Positions 9,153 through 18,894 of a stretch of 41,491 nt of DNA are shown piece by piece. Where the stretch lies: contig CAYZIN010000006.1 in assembly GCA_964478595.1 (NCBI GenBank), forward strand, positions 1 to 41,491. The letters are read 5' to 3'. Below the pieces are notes generated by a model. It ran no database searches and was not told where the DNA came from. It worked only from the letters and a program-made list of their open reading frames with translations. This stretch comes from an uncultured Candidatus Saccharibacteria bacterium. Its GTDB lineage: Bacteria > Patescibacteriota > Saccharimonadia > UBA4664 > CAZJNH01. Positions within the stretch are counted from its first letter, which is position 1. Each line of letters opens with the position of its first letter. The translations under genes were made by a program, and so were the position numbers.

Positions 9153-9179
9153 AAAAAAGGCCCACCCGGGTCTTTTTTG
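9153..9179. terminator. bidirectional terminator after the pilins
   Basis: AAAAAAGGCCC-accc-GGGTCTTTTTT between convergent genes. Confidence 0.7.
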
Positions 9180-10778
9180 TTATCCTCGCCATTTTATTAA
9201 GAGCAGACTGTAGTTGCCTACTCGGCTAACGAATTTAGTATCAAAATGGCGGGGCAGTAGGTGTAGTGCGTCGTTCACTACAATCGTTGGATAATATTTT
9301 CCTTTTGTCGATGACCTCAAGGTTCCCAAGTTATAGGCAGGATATACCGACCGGTCGGCGTAAGCTTCCGCGACGATTACCGGCAAAGATTCGTTATAAA
9401 CGATATCGACTGGAAACATCACGATAGGGTTTGGGGAAATTGTTGCGGCCTGGGCTGCCAAAATGGCGACCGGCTCGTCGCTGCGATGATAGTCGGTGAG
9501 GTATTGATGTAACCCCGCCGTAAATTGATAACTTACGGCGGTTATTAAAATAATCACGGTCGTGACAGTGAGGGTCTTTGGGCGTTGTTGAGGAAATCTA
9601 AACCAGGCCACAGTCAACATGGTCACTAAAATTAGTGAAAAGCTTAGGGCGTGATTGGTTCGGAGGTTAAACGGGAAGAAAAATAGTACTAAAACTCCAC
9701 TCAGCCAAAGCATCGGCCGCGTAAATCGGAGGCCTTCCCATGCGCGAACCAATAAGTTAGCGACCAAGATAGCCAGTGCCGGCAATGCCGGAACTAGATA
9801 TTGAGACAGTTTGGTGTTGGCGTAACTAAAAAAACCAATAATAACCACCGCGACGGCGATCGGTAGAATTGAGCTTCGGTGTCGGCGAATGGTGTCGCGC
9901 AGGGCCAAGCCGAAGGCAAACGGGAAGACATAAACCCACGGTTCAAAGACCGCCCCTAATAATTTAAAATAATAGGTCGGTACCAGTTGATCCCGCGTCA
10001 AACCCGGGGTGGCCAAAACTCCCTGCGTTCGTTGTAAAAGCTGAACGCCAACATAAATGTCCCAAAACTTTTTACCATGCAAAATGGTTTCGGCGATGTG
10101 CCAAGGCAACGCGATGAATAATGCTATTCCAATCGCTATCCATAAATGTTTATTCCGTAAATTACTGACGAATTCTTTTTGCCAGAGCCAAACGATAAGA
10201 ATAACCGGCACCACCAATAAGTTGGCTGCGCCTTTGGTCATGACCCCCAATCCAACTGCTGCTCCCAGCCAGTAGTAAAACTTTGGATGCTCCTTCAGAC
10301 GCAGCGTAAAATAAAACGCCAGCCAAAAAAAGAAGGTTGAAGGGCCGTCGAGCTGGCCGATACGGAAAATGTGGAAAAGTCCGGGGGTAGCGACGGTAAT
10401 CATGGCCGCTACGATCCCGGTCCTTTTGTCATACAGCCGTTTTGCAATTGCATAAATCAAAAGCACCGTCCCAACCCCAGCCAAGGCCGAGGGCAGACGA
10501 TCCCAAAACTCAAAAGGTCCCGGAAGCCTGATAAGCAGAGCCTGCAGCCAGTACATTAGCGGCGGCTTGTCGAAAAAAGGCACCAGCGGGCCGGTGGGCG
10601 GTTGACGCCACAACAGCGTTAGCCACTGTCCGGTTTTGTTGATATTGTGCGCGACGTAGTAGTAAGTCGTTTCGTCACCATCGAACAACTTCAGGGCGCC
10701 TAGTTGATAAATAAATGCAAAGCCAGAGATTAAAATTAGCCCAAGCTCCACCCAGTATTTTTGGGCCAAACTTCTCAC
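9180..10778 (-). CDS. GT-C fold membrane glycosyltransferase (ArnT/PMT-like), copy 1
   Basis: DGDE..Y, KPPL.YW, RLPSA, TKG and K...Y..P..PALA motifs; many TM helices. Confidence 0.88.
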   Translation of the reverse strand: MRSLAQKYWVELGLILISGFAFIYQLGALKLFDGDETTYYYVAHNINKTGQWLTLLWRQPPTGPLVPFFDKPPLMYWLQALLIRLPGPFEFWDRLPSALAGVGTVLLIYAIAKRLYDKRTGIVAAMITVATPGLFHIFRIGQLDGPSTFFFWLAFYFTLRLKEHPKFYYWLGAAVGLGVMTKGAANLLVVPVILIVWLWQKEFVSNLRNKHLWIAIGIALFIALPWHIAETILHGKKFWDIYVGVQLLQRTQGVLATPGLTRDQLVPTYYFKLLGAVFEPWVYVFPFAFGLALRDTIRRHRSSILPIAVAVVIIGFFSYANTKLSQYLVPALPALAILVANLLVRAWEGLRFTRPMLWLSGVLVLFFFPFNLRTNHALSFSLILVTMLTVAWFRFPQQRPKTLTVTTVIILITAVSYQFTAGLHQYLTDYHRSDEPVAILAAQAATISPNPIVMFPVDIVYNESLPVIVAEAYADRSVYPAYNLGTLRSSTKGKYYPTIVVNDALHLLPRHFDTKFVSRVGNYSLLLIKWRG

Positions 10779-12364
10779 TTTTTGACGATGCGAACCAGAC
10801 TATATTGCCCATCGTGGGCCAAAACTTTGGTGTTGAATTGGTGGTAGATAAAGGGCAGCCAATAATCCACCACCACCGCATCGTAGGGATTGTGTTTAGT
10901 AAAGTTAACGATGTCACCCAAAGACTCTGCTTCCAGCACCTGTCGGTTTGAATAATCGGCTACCACCCACCCATTCAGAATCTCTACGTCACTGGGATAC
11001 AAAATAATGATGCCTTTGCCGCTGCTAGCTACTGTGGCTAAACGCGCCGGGGGTAAAAAGAAACTGCGGTAGTAACTTAAAGAGCTTTGGTAGGCTTGAT
11101 AGAACGGCACGTAACCGGCCAAGATAACCATTAGACCCGTCAGGGCGGCGGCAGTCATGCGATCTTTTAGTTTGAGGTTAGAGATCAACCAAATCCCTCC
11201 GAAGATCAGCCCTACTAGGAGCGCATTTCGAAAGGCAAAGGTGTAAGGAAACGAGAATAAAGCAAATACGCCAGAGCCTGCCAATAACCATTTAATAAAC
11301 CGGCGGCGGTTGGCAAAGGCTTGGACCACCATGTCGGCCACTAAAATAGCCAGGGCCGGATAAGCCGGCAATGTATACCAAACGATTTTAGTGCCGCTAA
11401 AACTAAACGCCACAAAGACCAACAAAATAATTACCAACATAAGGTGATGGTCGCGGCGGCCGCCACGCAGCGTATCTCGCAGAGCCAGTCCCACCGCAAA
11501 CGGCACCGCAAATACCCAGGGCAAAAAAGAGGTACCGAGATCGCCGGTGTAAAATAGGATGCTCTGAGGAGCCACTCCTTGGGCCAAAGGCAGCGGCGTT
11601 TTGATGCGGTTAATTAATTGATAGCCAAAGTAAGTGCTCCAGAAAGCATTCCCGTGCCGCATTAGTTCAACAATGTGCCAGGGTAGAAAAATAATTGCCG
11701 CCAAGGCCGAGGCCTGCCACAAATGGCGATTGCGCAACTGTGGCAGCAACTTGCCTTGCCACAACCACGTCACTCCAAGGATAGCCGGAATCAAAAGCCC
11801 AGCGGCGCCCTTGGTCATTACCGCCAAGCCAACTGTGGCGCCTAAAAAGTAGTAGAACTTGGGGTGCTCTTTGAGGCGTAACGAGAAATAAAGTGCCAGC
11901 CAGATGAAGAAAATTAGCGGGCCGTCGAGTTGCCCGCGATGGAAGTTTTCCACCAAACCCGGCAAAGTAAGGGTAATAAAAGCCGCTACCACACCGGTGG
12001 CTTTGCTATAAAGCCGTTTTCCGATGGCATAAACCAACATCACGGTTCCAACACCGGCCAGAGCTGCTGGTAGTCGGAACCAAAACTCCATCGGGCCAGG
12101 CAGTCTAATCAAAAGTGCTTGAAGCCAGAAAATAAGCGGCGGTTTCTCGTAAAAAGCCGCCAAAGTGCCATTAAGATGATACCGCCAAAACAAATCGATC
12201 CATTGATGGGTCTTATTAATATTTCGGGCTACGATGTAATAAATAACCTCGTCGCCGTCCCACAGCCTTAAAGTACCCAGGCCGTAGAAAAAAACCAACC
12301 CGCTTCCCAATAATAAAAGCAGCTCCGCCCAATACTTCCCTGTCAGCCTGGCGATTCGCTGCAT
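10775..12364 (-). CDS. GT-C fold membrane glycosyltransferase (ArnT/PMT-like), copy 2
   Basis: Paralog of 9180..10778 (WDGDE, EKPPL, GQLDGP, TKG). Start moved to ATG 12364 because the longer ORF overlaps pilin 3 antisense. Confidence 0.88.
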   Translation of the reverse strand: MQRIARLTGKYWAELLLLLGSGLVFFYGLGTLRLWDGDEVIYYIVARNINKTHQWIDLFWRYHLNGTLAAFYEKPPLIFWLQALLIRLPGPMEFWFRLPAALAGVGTVMLVYAIGKRLYSKATGVVAAFITLTLPGLVENFHRGQLDGPLIFFIWLALYFSLRLKEHPKFYYFLGATVGLAVMTKGAAGLLIPAILGVTWLWQGKLLPQLRNRHLWQASALAAIIFLPWHIVELMRHGNAFWSTYFGYQLINRIKTPLPLAQGVAPQSILFYTGDLGTSFLPWVFAVPFAVGLALRDTLRGGRRDHHLMLVIILLVFVAFSFSGTKIVWYTLPAYPALAILVADMVVQAFANRRRFIKWLLAGSGVFALFSFPYTFAFRNALLVGLIFGGIWLISNLKLKDRMTAAALTGLMVILAGYVPFYQAYQSSLSYYRSFFLPPARLATVASSGKGIIILYPSDVEILNGWVVADYSNRQVLEAESLGDIVNFTKHNPYDAVVVDYWLPFIYHQFNTKVLAHDGQYSLVRIVKK

Positions 12365-12440
12365 CACAAGCAGTATAGCAGACGCAAAAAATCGCTGTAA
12401 ATCATTGCTAGTTTCTTCGAGAGTCGCTAGAATAAAGCTA

Positions 12441-12947
12441 ATGCTTACAAAGTGGCGGCGATTTCCCGTTATTCTCGGAGCGCAGCGAGGCTTTACCTTG
12501 CTCGAACTCTTGATCGTTATAGTGATTATCGGAATTTTGGCGTTAATTTTTGTACCGGGGCTGGCCAGCGGCCCGGCCCGTTCGCGCGACGCACGCCGCA
12601 AAACTGATATGCACGCCCTTAAACTAGGATTGGAAGGTTACTACATCGAACACTCCAACGTTTATCCGGTGGTAGCCGGCGCTAACTCTTACGCCGCTTT
12701 CGCCAACCTTAGTACCCCGCTGACTGGGTACGTTAACGGCACTTTTCCGACCGACCCAAAAAATTCCGGCGTGTTTCAGTATCAATATACTTCAAGTGGC
12801 TCCGGCAGCACCGCTCAAGCGATTGCTTGCCTAGAAAACACCAAAGACTCCGGGACCGGAGCTACCAATAACGCAACTTATACTACACCGGCGACGGCTC
12901 AGGCCTGCACCTCAGCAGTACTTTATGACATCCAAACCAACAACTAA
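12441..12947 (+). CDS. type IV pilin 3
   Basis: RG|FTLLE, RDARRKTD, PTDPKNSGVF and CLENTKD. Start moved to ATG 12441. Confidence 0.9.
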   Translation: MLTKWRRFPVILGAQRGFTLLELLIVIVIIGILALIFVPGLASGPARSRDARRKTDMHALKLGLEGYYIEHSNVYPVVAGANSYAAFANLSTPLTGYVNGTFPTDPKNSGVFQYQYTSSGSGSTAQAIACLENTKDSGTGATNNATYTTPATAQACTSAVLYDIQTNN

Positions 12948-13929
12948 AAAACGTTTTAAACTCTTAGGCAACCAGCACGGTTTTACCATTATCGAAATGA
13001 TTGCCGTTGCAGTGGTAGTTGGTATCGGCATCGTAGCCATTTATGAAACCTTCATCGCAGCAAATACCTTGAGCCGTCAATCATCTGAATATTTAGCAGC
13101 ATCGAAGTTCGCCCAACAGGAGCTGGATTACTACCGGACTCAATTGTTCACTACCGACGTGACAGCTACCAGCGAGACCGACACGGCCAGTTTGCTCAGC
13201 AATAGCACCGATGTATCAAGCTCTATGCCCGGCCTACCCGGCGCCAGCATCAACTGCACGCAGGCTAGTTCGGGTAATAATGGAAAATACGCCTGCGCAA
13301 CCATCGCTGTTGTCGAAACCGGCGAATACCACGTCACGATATTTGTCGGTTACCGCGAAGGTTTAAGAGCCCAAAAAACGGTTGTCCTCAGTACCTACGT
13401 CGCCCAAAACGGCGTCGGCACCAACCCCACGGTTTGGGATTATTACTTTAACGCGTCCGACGACTCTGGCGGTGGTCCATATAACGCCAATGGCGGAACT
13501 GTGGTTTGGAGTAACCCAGCCAATGGTTTTGATGGCAAAACTTCGACAAGTGCCACAGCCAGTACGCAAACCACGTGTGTAGCGACCGGTAACTGCATGG
13601 ATGTTGGCGGAACAAATGCCCCGAGCAGTCCGACAACTGGCATTACTACGGTTAAAGCTAGGATCTACGGCAACAATACAACCGCCTACGTTTGTCCTAG
13701 TTCAACCATGACGAGTCCGACCATGTCCTGCAGCTTAAACAGTCCCCTGGGTACGCTAACCGCTACAGCCGGGGGTTCCGCTGGTTGGAGCGTCAGCTGG
13801 ACAACCCTTTCAGCGCCGTCGGGGGGGTGGACTTGGGCAAAGGTACACCACCTCGTTACAACGGTCGATCATTGCAGTGCTGTCGGAAGTTGTTCGGTTT
13901 CGGAAATTCAGCTAAGGGTGATCCAGTAA
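12925..13929 (+). CDS. minor pilin (PilV-like) with a Ser/Thr/Cys-rich C-terminal domain
   Basis: HG|FTIIE prepilin motif, A..FAQQELDYYR helix and a long C-terminal extension. Confidence 0.8.
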   Translation: MTSKPTTKKRFKLLGNQHGFTIIEMIAVAVVVGIGIVAIYETFIAANTLSRQSSEYLAASKFAQQELDYYRTQLFTTDVTATSETDTASLLSNSTDVSSSMPGLPGASINCTQASSGNNGKYACATIAVVETGEYHVTIFVGYREGLRAQKTVVLSTYVAQNGVGTNPTVWDYYFNASDDSGGGPYNANGGTVVWSNPANGFDGKTSTSATASTQTTCVATGNCMDVGGTNAPSSPTTGITTVKARIYGNNTTAYVCPSSTMTSPTMSCSLNSPLGTLTATAGGSAGWSVSWTTLSAPSGGWTWAKVHHLVTTVDHCSAVGSCSVSEIQLRVIQ

Positions 13930-14627
13930 TGTTCTCTCGAGTAATTAAAAACCAGCTCGGTACCAGTTTGATTGAAATGACTATTGCCATGGTGATGTTT
14001 AGCTTCCTAGTTGTGGTGGTTGCTGGTACGGTTTCATTCGGAATCGCCAGCTACGCTCAGGGCGATATCTATAACCAGCTCCAAAACGAGACCAGTTATG
14101 TGGCTGGTTCTATGGTGAGTGACATCCACAGGGCCACCCAACCCGAAACCACCAATCAGTACACCGACTCGCATTCAACAGATTGGAGCGGAAGAACCTA
14201 TCTCATTCTCGACATCCCAGCACTCGATTCAAGCGGAAATACCCTATACCAAAATGAGAGTCACCTTTCGGTTTGCACCAATGAAGTCATCTACTATCAC
14301 GGTTCAAATAGCGTGACGATCTACCGTCGAACCCTCAAAAATTCATCTGGACTCGCAAGCTGCAACTCATCATCAGCAAACGCAGCCGTTACTAGTTGCC
14401 AGTCCGGCTGCTCTGCCACAGACCAGAAATTAGCCACTCGTTCCACCTTCTACCCCTATGCAGCCGATGGAGTTTCGGCGTATACTACTTCGTCTCGATC
14501 CCTAGTGATTTTGATAACCTCGGCCACGTTTAATGGCAGCGGCTTTTATACACCGGTTTTTGGCCGGAAATTTCAGATTAATAACAAACTTAATGTGGCT
14601 TTGGGCAGTCAGGGAACGGTGCAATGA
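13929..14627 (+). CDS. minor pilin (PilW-like)
   Basis: LG|TSLIEM prepilin motif, M.SDIHRA and VIYY; TAATG coupling to the upstream gene. Confidence 0.8.
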   Translation: MFSRVIKNQLGTSLIEMTIAMVMFSFLVVVVAGTVSFGIASYAQGDIYNQLQNETSYVAGSMVSDIHRATQPETTNQYTDSHSTDWSGRTYLILDIPALDSSGNTLYQNESHLSVCTNEVIYYHGSNSVTIYRRTLKNSSGLASCNSSSANAAVTSCQSGCSATDQKLATRSTFYPYAADGVSAYTTSSRSLVILITSATFNGSGFYTPVFGRKFQINNKLNVALGSQGTVQ

Positions 14628-17263
14628 AAACCTTTTGGCAAAAAGGGGTTTTAACTGAGTCGGCTGCAATAACTATTTTTGTCTTCATGCTAATAGCCCT
14701 TGCCATTGCCGCGGAGGTAACCAGCCAATGGAATTATGCGCACCAAAGCGTTTACGCCACCCAGGCGGTTGGGGCGGCGCAAGCCGGAATTGACCACGTC
14801 ATCCTAAAACTCAACAATGACGAAAACTATTTCAACTCTGCCGGTACCAACTCTGCCGGTGTTGGTAATAGCGAACTGCTGAACGAACAGACAATCTCTA
14901 GTAGCTCGCAATTTGTGACCACGTTTGTGATAGCGTCCATAGTTGATGGCAGTAGTGGCGGAACTTTTGCTTACGCACCGAGTGGTTCGCCCGGCCTTGG
15001 TTACGAAAAAACCGTCACCGTTCAGGGAAGAGTCTATAACGCTACGACCGGCAAGTTGCTGTCCAAGCGCGACCTAACCGTTGGCCTGGAAGTCGCCACT
15101 CAGGACTATCCATACTCTGTACAGAGTGGATACGGCGATTTAATTATGAGCAACAGCGCCTCAATCGACGGGTTTGTAAATAGTGCCGGGAATGGCAAGG
15201 TTTATGCTAACGGAGACTACCAAATTAACGGTAGTACTAGTGTTAATTCAGACGAACTTTGGGGTGCCGACGACCTCTGTCCGCTCGTCACGCCATTTAC
15301 TACCTTTCCCAGCGTTTGCAGCTCGGCCACCAACAAAACATTTCAAGGGACTTCGAATGTAACCGGCGTGTCTGCTCATAATAAAATTCACTCTCCCTAC
15401 ACCAACAATTGCACTGGCGTGAGTAACCCGGATGTCGCGAGTGGCCTGGCTTTCAGTTGCAGTACCTTCGACAATACCGCCCCGGCCATCGCCTTGCCTA
15501 GCGAAGACCGTAACTCGATCAAAAATTCGATTACCGACTCAAGTAGCTTTGCTACTGACCAGTCTTACACCGGCGCGAGCTGCGTAAAAGACTGGACAAG
15601 CAATGGCAACGTTAAGGTAACTGGCTATCTTCACATTTTCGGCAGTACGGGGACTACAGGCTGTACTTTTACTTTTGCCGGCAACCTTTGGATAACTAAC
15701 AATCTTTGGCTGCAAAACAACTCTAAAATGATACTGGGTGACGTCGATAAAAATGGTAACCCTATTCGGAGCGCCCCAGTTATCATGATTGATGGCTCGA
15801 ACTCAAACGGTGATGGTTTTGCGATGGAAAATAGTTCTTGGATCCAGGCAAACAAATACGGCATTATGCCAATAATTATTACTTATTACTGTGCCGACGC
15901 TTCTTGTCCCGACGGAACGCCCGTCACCACTGCGCTCCACACGGCCGTAAGTAATCGCACGATAAATATCAACTCAAGCTGCAACGCCTCAAATTCCGGG
16001 ACATGCCAAGCCGTGCTTTATGCCCGCTGGGGTCGCGTAACATTGCAGCAAAACGCGGGCACCACCTCCGGTCAGTGGACCGGTCAATTAGCCGGGCAGA
16101 GTTTTAACATTGTAAATGCCGTTAAGATAGGGATGCAAAACTATACCAACCCGACCGGCTATGCCCCAACGCTGGGCCCGAACAGCCACAAAGTCTACAA
16201 AATCGGTGCTTACAAAGAATCCGGAGGCGGGAACTATAGCAGTTTCTCGGTAGCAGATAATTCCGTTGCAGATACTGGCAGATACGGTTCAATAGCTAAT
16301 GGTTCGGACGGTTTGCCTGTCGTGAGCTATCAAGATGCTACGCATGGCTACCTGAAGGTAATGCACTGCTCCAATGCAAGCTGTTTGGTTAATACAACAA
16401 CCACGGTAGACTCATCCGCGCAGGTCGGTTTAGAAACATCTTTGGCCGTCGGAACGGATGGGTTTCCAATTATTACCTACTACGACAACACCAACTCTCA
16501 ACAAAAATTAGTACACTGTACGAATACTACTTGCACCTCCCATGACACTCCCATTGTGCTCACTGCAGGTGGCAGATATTCCTCTATTACTATTGGCTCG
16601 GACAATCTAGCGGTTGTCGTTTTAGGCAGTAGTGTGTTTAAGGTTGCTCACTGCACCAATGTAAGCTGCACTAGCTTCACTCTTTCAACTTTAGCCTACG
16701 ACTCCGGAGCGGTCATCTTGCATACTTCTATCGGCAAGGGCGGCGATGGGTTCCCCATTTTCGCCTACGGGAACTCAACCGTAAAATTAGTTCACTGCAA
16801 AGACGTTTTCTGTAATACTCTGGACACAGCAATTACCATTGACGCAGGAACCGATTCGGATATGTCTTTAGAGGTAGGTAGCGATGGGTTCGCGGCCATT
16901 AGTTTCTACAACTACACAGCGTTCGCACTGCACCTAATCCATTGCACCAATGCCGCTTGTTCTACAAAAGATACGACCAGAGATATCGATACGACAGGTG
17001 GGTCTTACAATTCAATTGCCAATGGATCAGATGGTTTTCCAGTAATAACATATACTGACTTAGGACCTACGGATTTATTGGTCGCGCATTGTGCCAATGC
17101 AAGCTGTTCGGGCGTTGTCTCTGTCAAGACCATTGATGCCGGTATCTACCCCGGAGAAAAAGATATTGCTATCGGCTCCGATGGTTATCCGGTCATCAAC
17201 TACTACGATAATACCAATGGTCGGCTTAAGGTTGCAAAGTGTAGTAGTGTGTCATGTAACTAG
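14624..17263 (+). CDS. PilX-like minor pilin fused to a large extracellular region ending in 7 Cys-pair repeats (probable beta-propeller adhesin)
   Basis: QKG|VL pilin-like N-terminus, A..AAQAGID motif and seven SIA.GSDG.P.I.Y...L...HC....C repeats. Confidence 0.8.
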   Translation: MKTFWQKGVLTESAAITIFVFMLIALAIAAEVTSQWNYAHQSVYATQAVGAAQAGIDHVILKLNNDENYFNSAGTNSAGVGNSELLNEQTISSSSQFVTTFVIASIVDGSSGGTFAYAPSGSPGLGYEKTVTVQGRVYNATTGKLLSKRDLTVGLEVATQDYPYSVQSGYGDLIMSNSASIDGFVNSAGNGKVYANGDYQINGSTSVNSDELWGADDLCPLVTPFTTFPSVCSSATNKTFQGTSNVTGVSAHNKIHSPYTNNCTGVSNPDVASGLAFSCSTFDNTAPAIALPSEDRNSIKNSITDSSSFATDQSYTGASCVKDWTSNGNVKVTGYLHIFGSTGTTGCTFTFAGNLWITNNLWLQNNSKMILGDVDKNGNPIRSAPVIMIDGSNSNGDGFAMENSSWIQANKYGIMPIIITYYCADASCPDGTPVTTALHTAVSNRTININSSCNASNSGTCQAVLYARWGRVTLQQNAGTTSGQWTGQLAGQSFNIVNAVKIGMQNYTNPTGYAPTLGPNSHKVYKIGAYKESGGGNYSSFSVADNSVADTGRYGSIANGSDGLPVVSYQDATHGYLKVMHCSNASCLVNTTTTVDSSAQVGLETSLAVGTDGFPIITYYDNTNSQQKLVHCTNTTCTSHDTPIVLTAGGRYSSITIGSDNLAVVVLGSSVFKVAHCTNVSCTSFTLSTLAYDSGAVILHTSIGKGGDGFPIFAYGNSTVKLVHCKDVFCNTLDTAITIDAGTDSDMSLEVGSDGFAAISFYNYTAFALHLIHCTNAACSTKDTTRDIDTTGGSYNSIANGSDGFPVITYTDLGPTDLLVAHCANASCSGVVSVKTIDAGIYPGEKDIAIGSDGYPVINYYDNTNGRLKVAKCSSVSCN

Positions 17264-17314
17264 GCGGCACTGATCTGGTATAATTTAAAGTGCTAATGCT
17301 ATAGCAGAAACCGA

Positions 17315-18358
17315 ATGAAAATCCCATTAGCTTACAGGCAAGGGGCCGTTTTAGGCTGTGACATTGGCGGCGAAACGGTCAAGGTAGTTCAGTTGGGCGG
17401 CACGATTAAGCACCCGAAGGTTATTGGTTATGGCTTTGCGCCGTTCGATCCGAAATTTATCGACAAAGGCATAATCACCCAGCCCGACAAGCTGGCCGCG
17501 GTTATTAAAGCCCTTCTGGCTCAACCACAAGGCGGCAAAATTTCCGCCAAGCGCTTGGTCGCCTCGGTCCCAATTTCCGCCATTTTCGTTCGCTCGATGC
17601 AGCTGCCGCCCATGGAAAAAACCGACATTTCATCGGCGGTCGAACTCGAAGCCGAACAGTACGTTCCTTTGCCAACCAAAGATTTATATATCGATTACGA
17701 CGTTTTAAGCACTACACCAACCGGTTTAGATGTCGAAATGGTAGCGGCACCCCGAACGATTATTGATTCCTATGTTAAGTTATTTGATTCGCTGGGACTT
17801 TTTACGGAGGTAATGGAAATTAGCCAATCCGCGATTATGCGCGGGGCTACCTATCGTCGCGGTGACCCAACCCTGCTGGCCGACATTGGCTCGGAGATGA
17901 CCGACGTCGTTATTTCCGACCAAGCCATTCGGCTAAGTTCCAGTCTGCCAGTCGGTGGGGTACAGTTAACTCAGGCGCTTAAAACCAAGCTCAACGTTAC
18001 CCCGGAGCAAGCCGAAGAAATTAAGCAACGCTACGGTATTGGGCCAAGCGGGCTGCGTAATCACATTATGGAAGCCCTGAAGCCTTCGCTGGATAGTCTG
18101 GTCGATGAAATCACCAAGGCTATGAAGTACTACCACCAGCGCAGTAACGCCCAGCGGTCTATCCAAAAAATTATTCTGTCCGGCGGCAGCTCCTACATGC
18201 CCGGCCTGTTGGAATATTTAACCCAAGTTTTTCGCTTGCCGGTGGTAATCGACGACCCGTGGGAAACCGTCGATTTTGGCAACATCGCTCCGCCGCAGGA
18301 ATTAAACCGCGCTATGTACACCACCGCCGTGGGCTTGGCACTTCTGGGGGTAAAGTAA
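17315..18358 (+). CDS. pilM: type IV pilus assembly protein PilM
   Basis: Actin-like motifs GCDIG, EAEQYVP, DIGS, LSGGS and TAVGLAL. Confidence 0.93.
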   Translation: MKIPLAYRQGAVLGCDIGGETVKVVQLGGTIKHPKVIGYGFAPFDPKFIDKGIITQPDKLAAVIKALLAQPQGGKISAKRLVASVPISAIFVRSMQLPPMEKTDISSAVELEAEQYVPLPTKDLYIDYDVLSTTPTGLDVEMVAAPRTIIDSYVKLFDSLGLFTEVMEISQSAIMRGATYRRGDPTLLADIGSEMTDVVISDQAIRLSSSLPVGGVQLTQALKTKLNVTPEQAEEIKQRYGIGPSGLRNHIMEALKPSLDSLVDEITKAMKYYHQRSNAQRSIQKIILSGGSSYMPGLLEYLTQVFRLPVVIDDPWETVDFGNIAPPQELNRAMYTTAVGLALLGVK

Positions 18359-18894
18359 TGATTAATCTTTTGCCACCTGAATTAAAACTGGAAATCTCTT
18401 ACGCCAAACGTAACAGCGCCTTAATTCGGTTAATTTTAACCACCGCCGTGGCGACCGCCGTTGTGGTATTGCTGCTCAATAACGGTGCCAGTTCGCTCGA
18501 CAAAAACATTACCAACGCCAAAAAAGAACTTGCAACGGAGGAAACAGCTCAGGGCGATGCTAAAACCGTTGCCCAAATTCAATCGGTTAACGCCAAATTA
18601 AGTGCTATAAACCAGCTCAACCAGACGAAACACCACTACTCGGCGGTGCTGCGCGACTTTGCCAAGGCTTTGCCGGCCGGAGCTTGGATCGACAACATGG
18701 TTTTGACTGGTGACAACAAGCCATTGAAACTTTCGATCAATGCCAAAACTTCCGACGTTGCCAATAAAGTTAAGGATTCGCTTTTGACTTGCCCCAGAAT
18801 TGCTTCGGTCGATATAGCCAGCATCAACACCGCACCAGACGGGTCGGCAATCGTGGCGGCAACGGTGACCTTTAAACCGGGGCAGGACAAATGA
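18358..18894 (+). CDS. pilN: PilN-like protein
   Basis: Diagnostic MINLLP N-terminus, TM and coiled coil; TAATG coupling to pilM. Confidence 0.85.
   Translation: MINLLPPELKLEISYAKRNSALIRLILTTAVATAVVVLLLNNGASSLDKNITNAKKELATEETAQGDAKTVAQIQSVNAKLSAINQLNQTKHHYSAVLRDFAKALPAGAWIDNMVLTGDNKPLKLSINAKTSDVANKVKDSLLTCPRIASVDIASINTAPDGSAIVAATVTFKPGQDK

Noticed and set aside
12365-12601. N-terminal extension of the 608-aa glycosyltransferase ORF
   Set aside because: It is antisense to pilin 3, and the paralog aligns from about Met at 12364.
14833-14860. Short tandem duplication CAACTCTGCCGGT (NSAGT/NSAGV)
   Set aside because: It is a two-copy in-frame micro-duplication, not a phase-variable tract.
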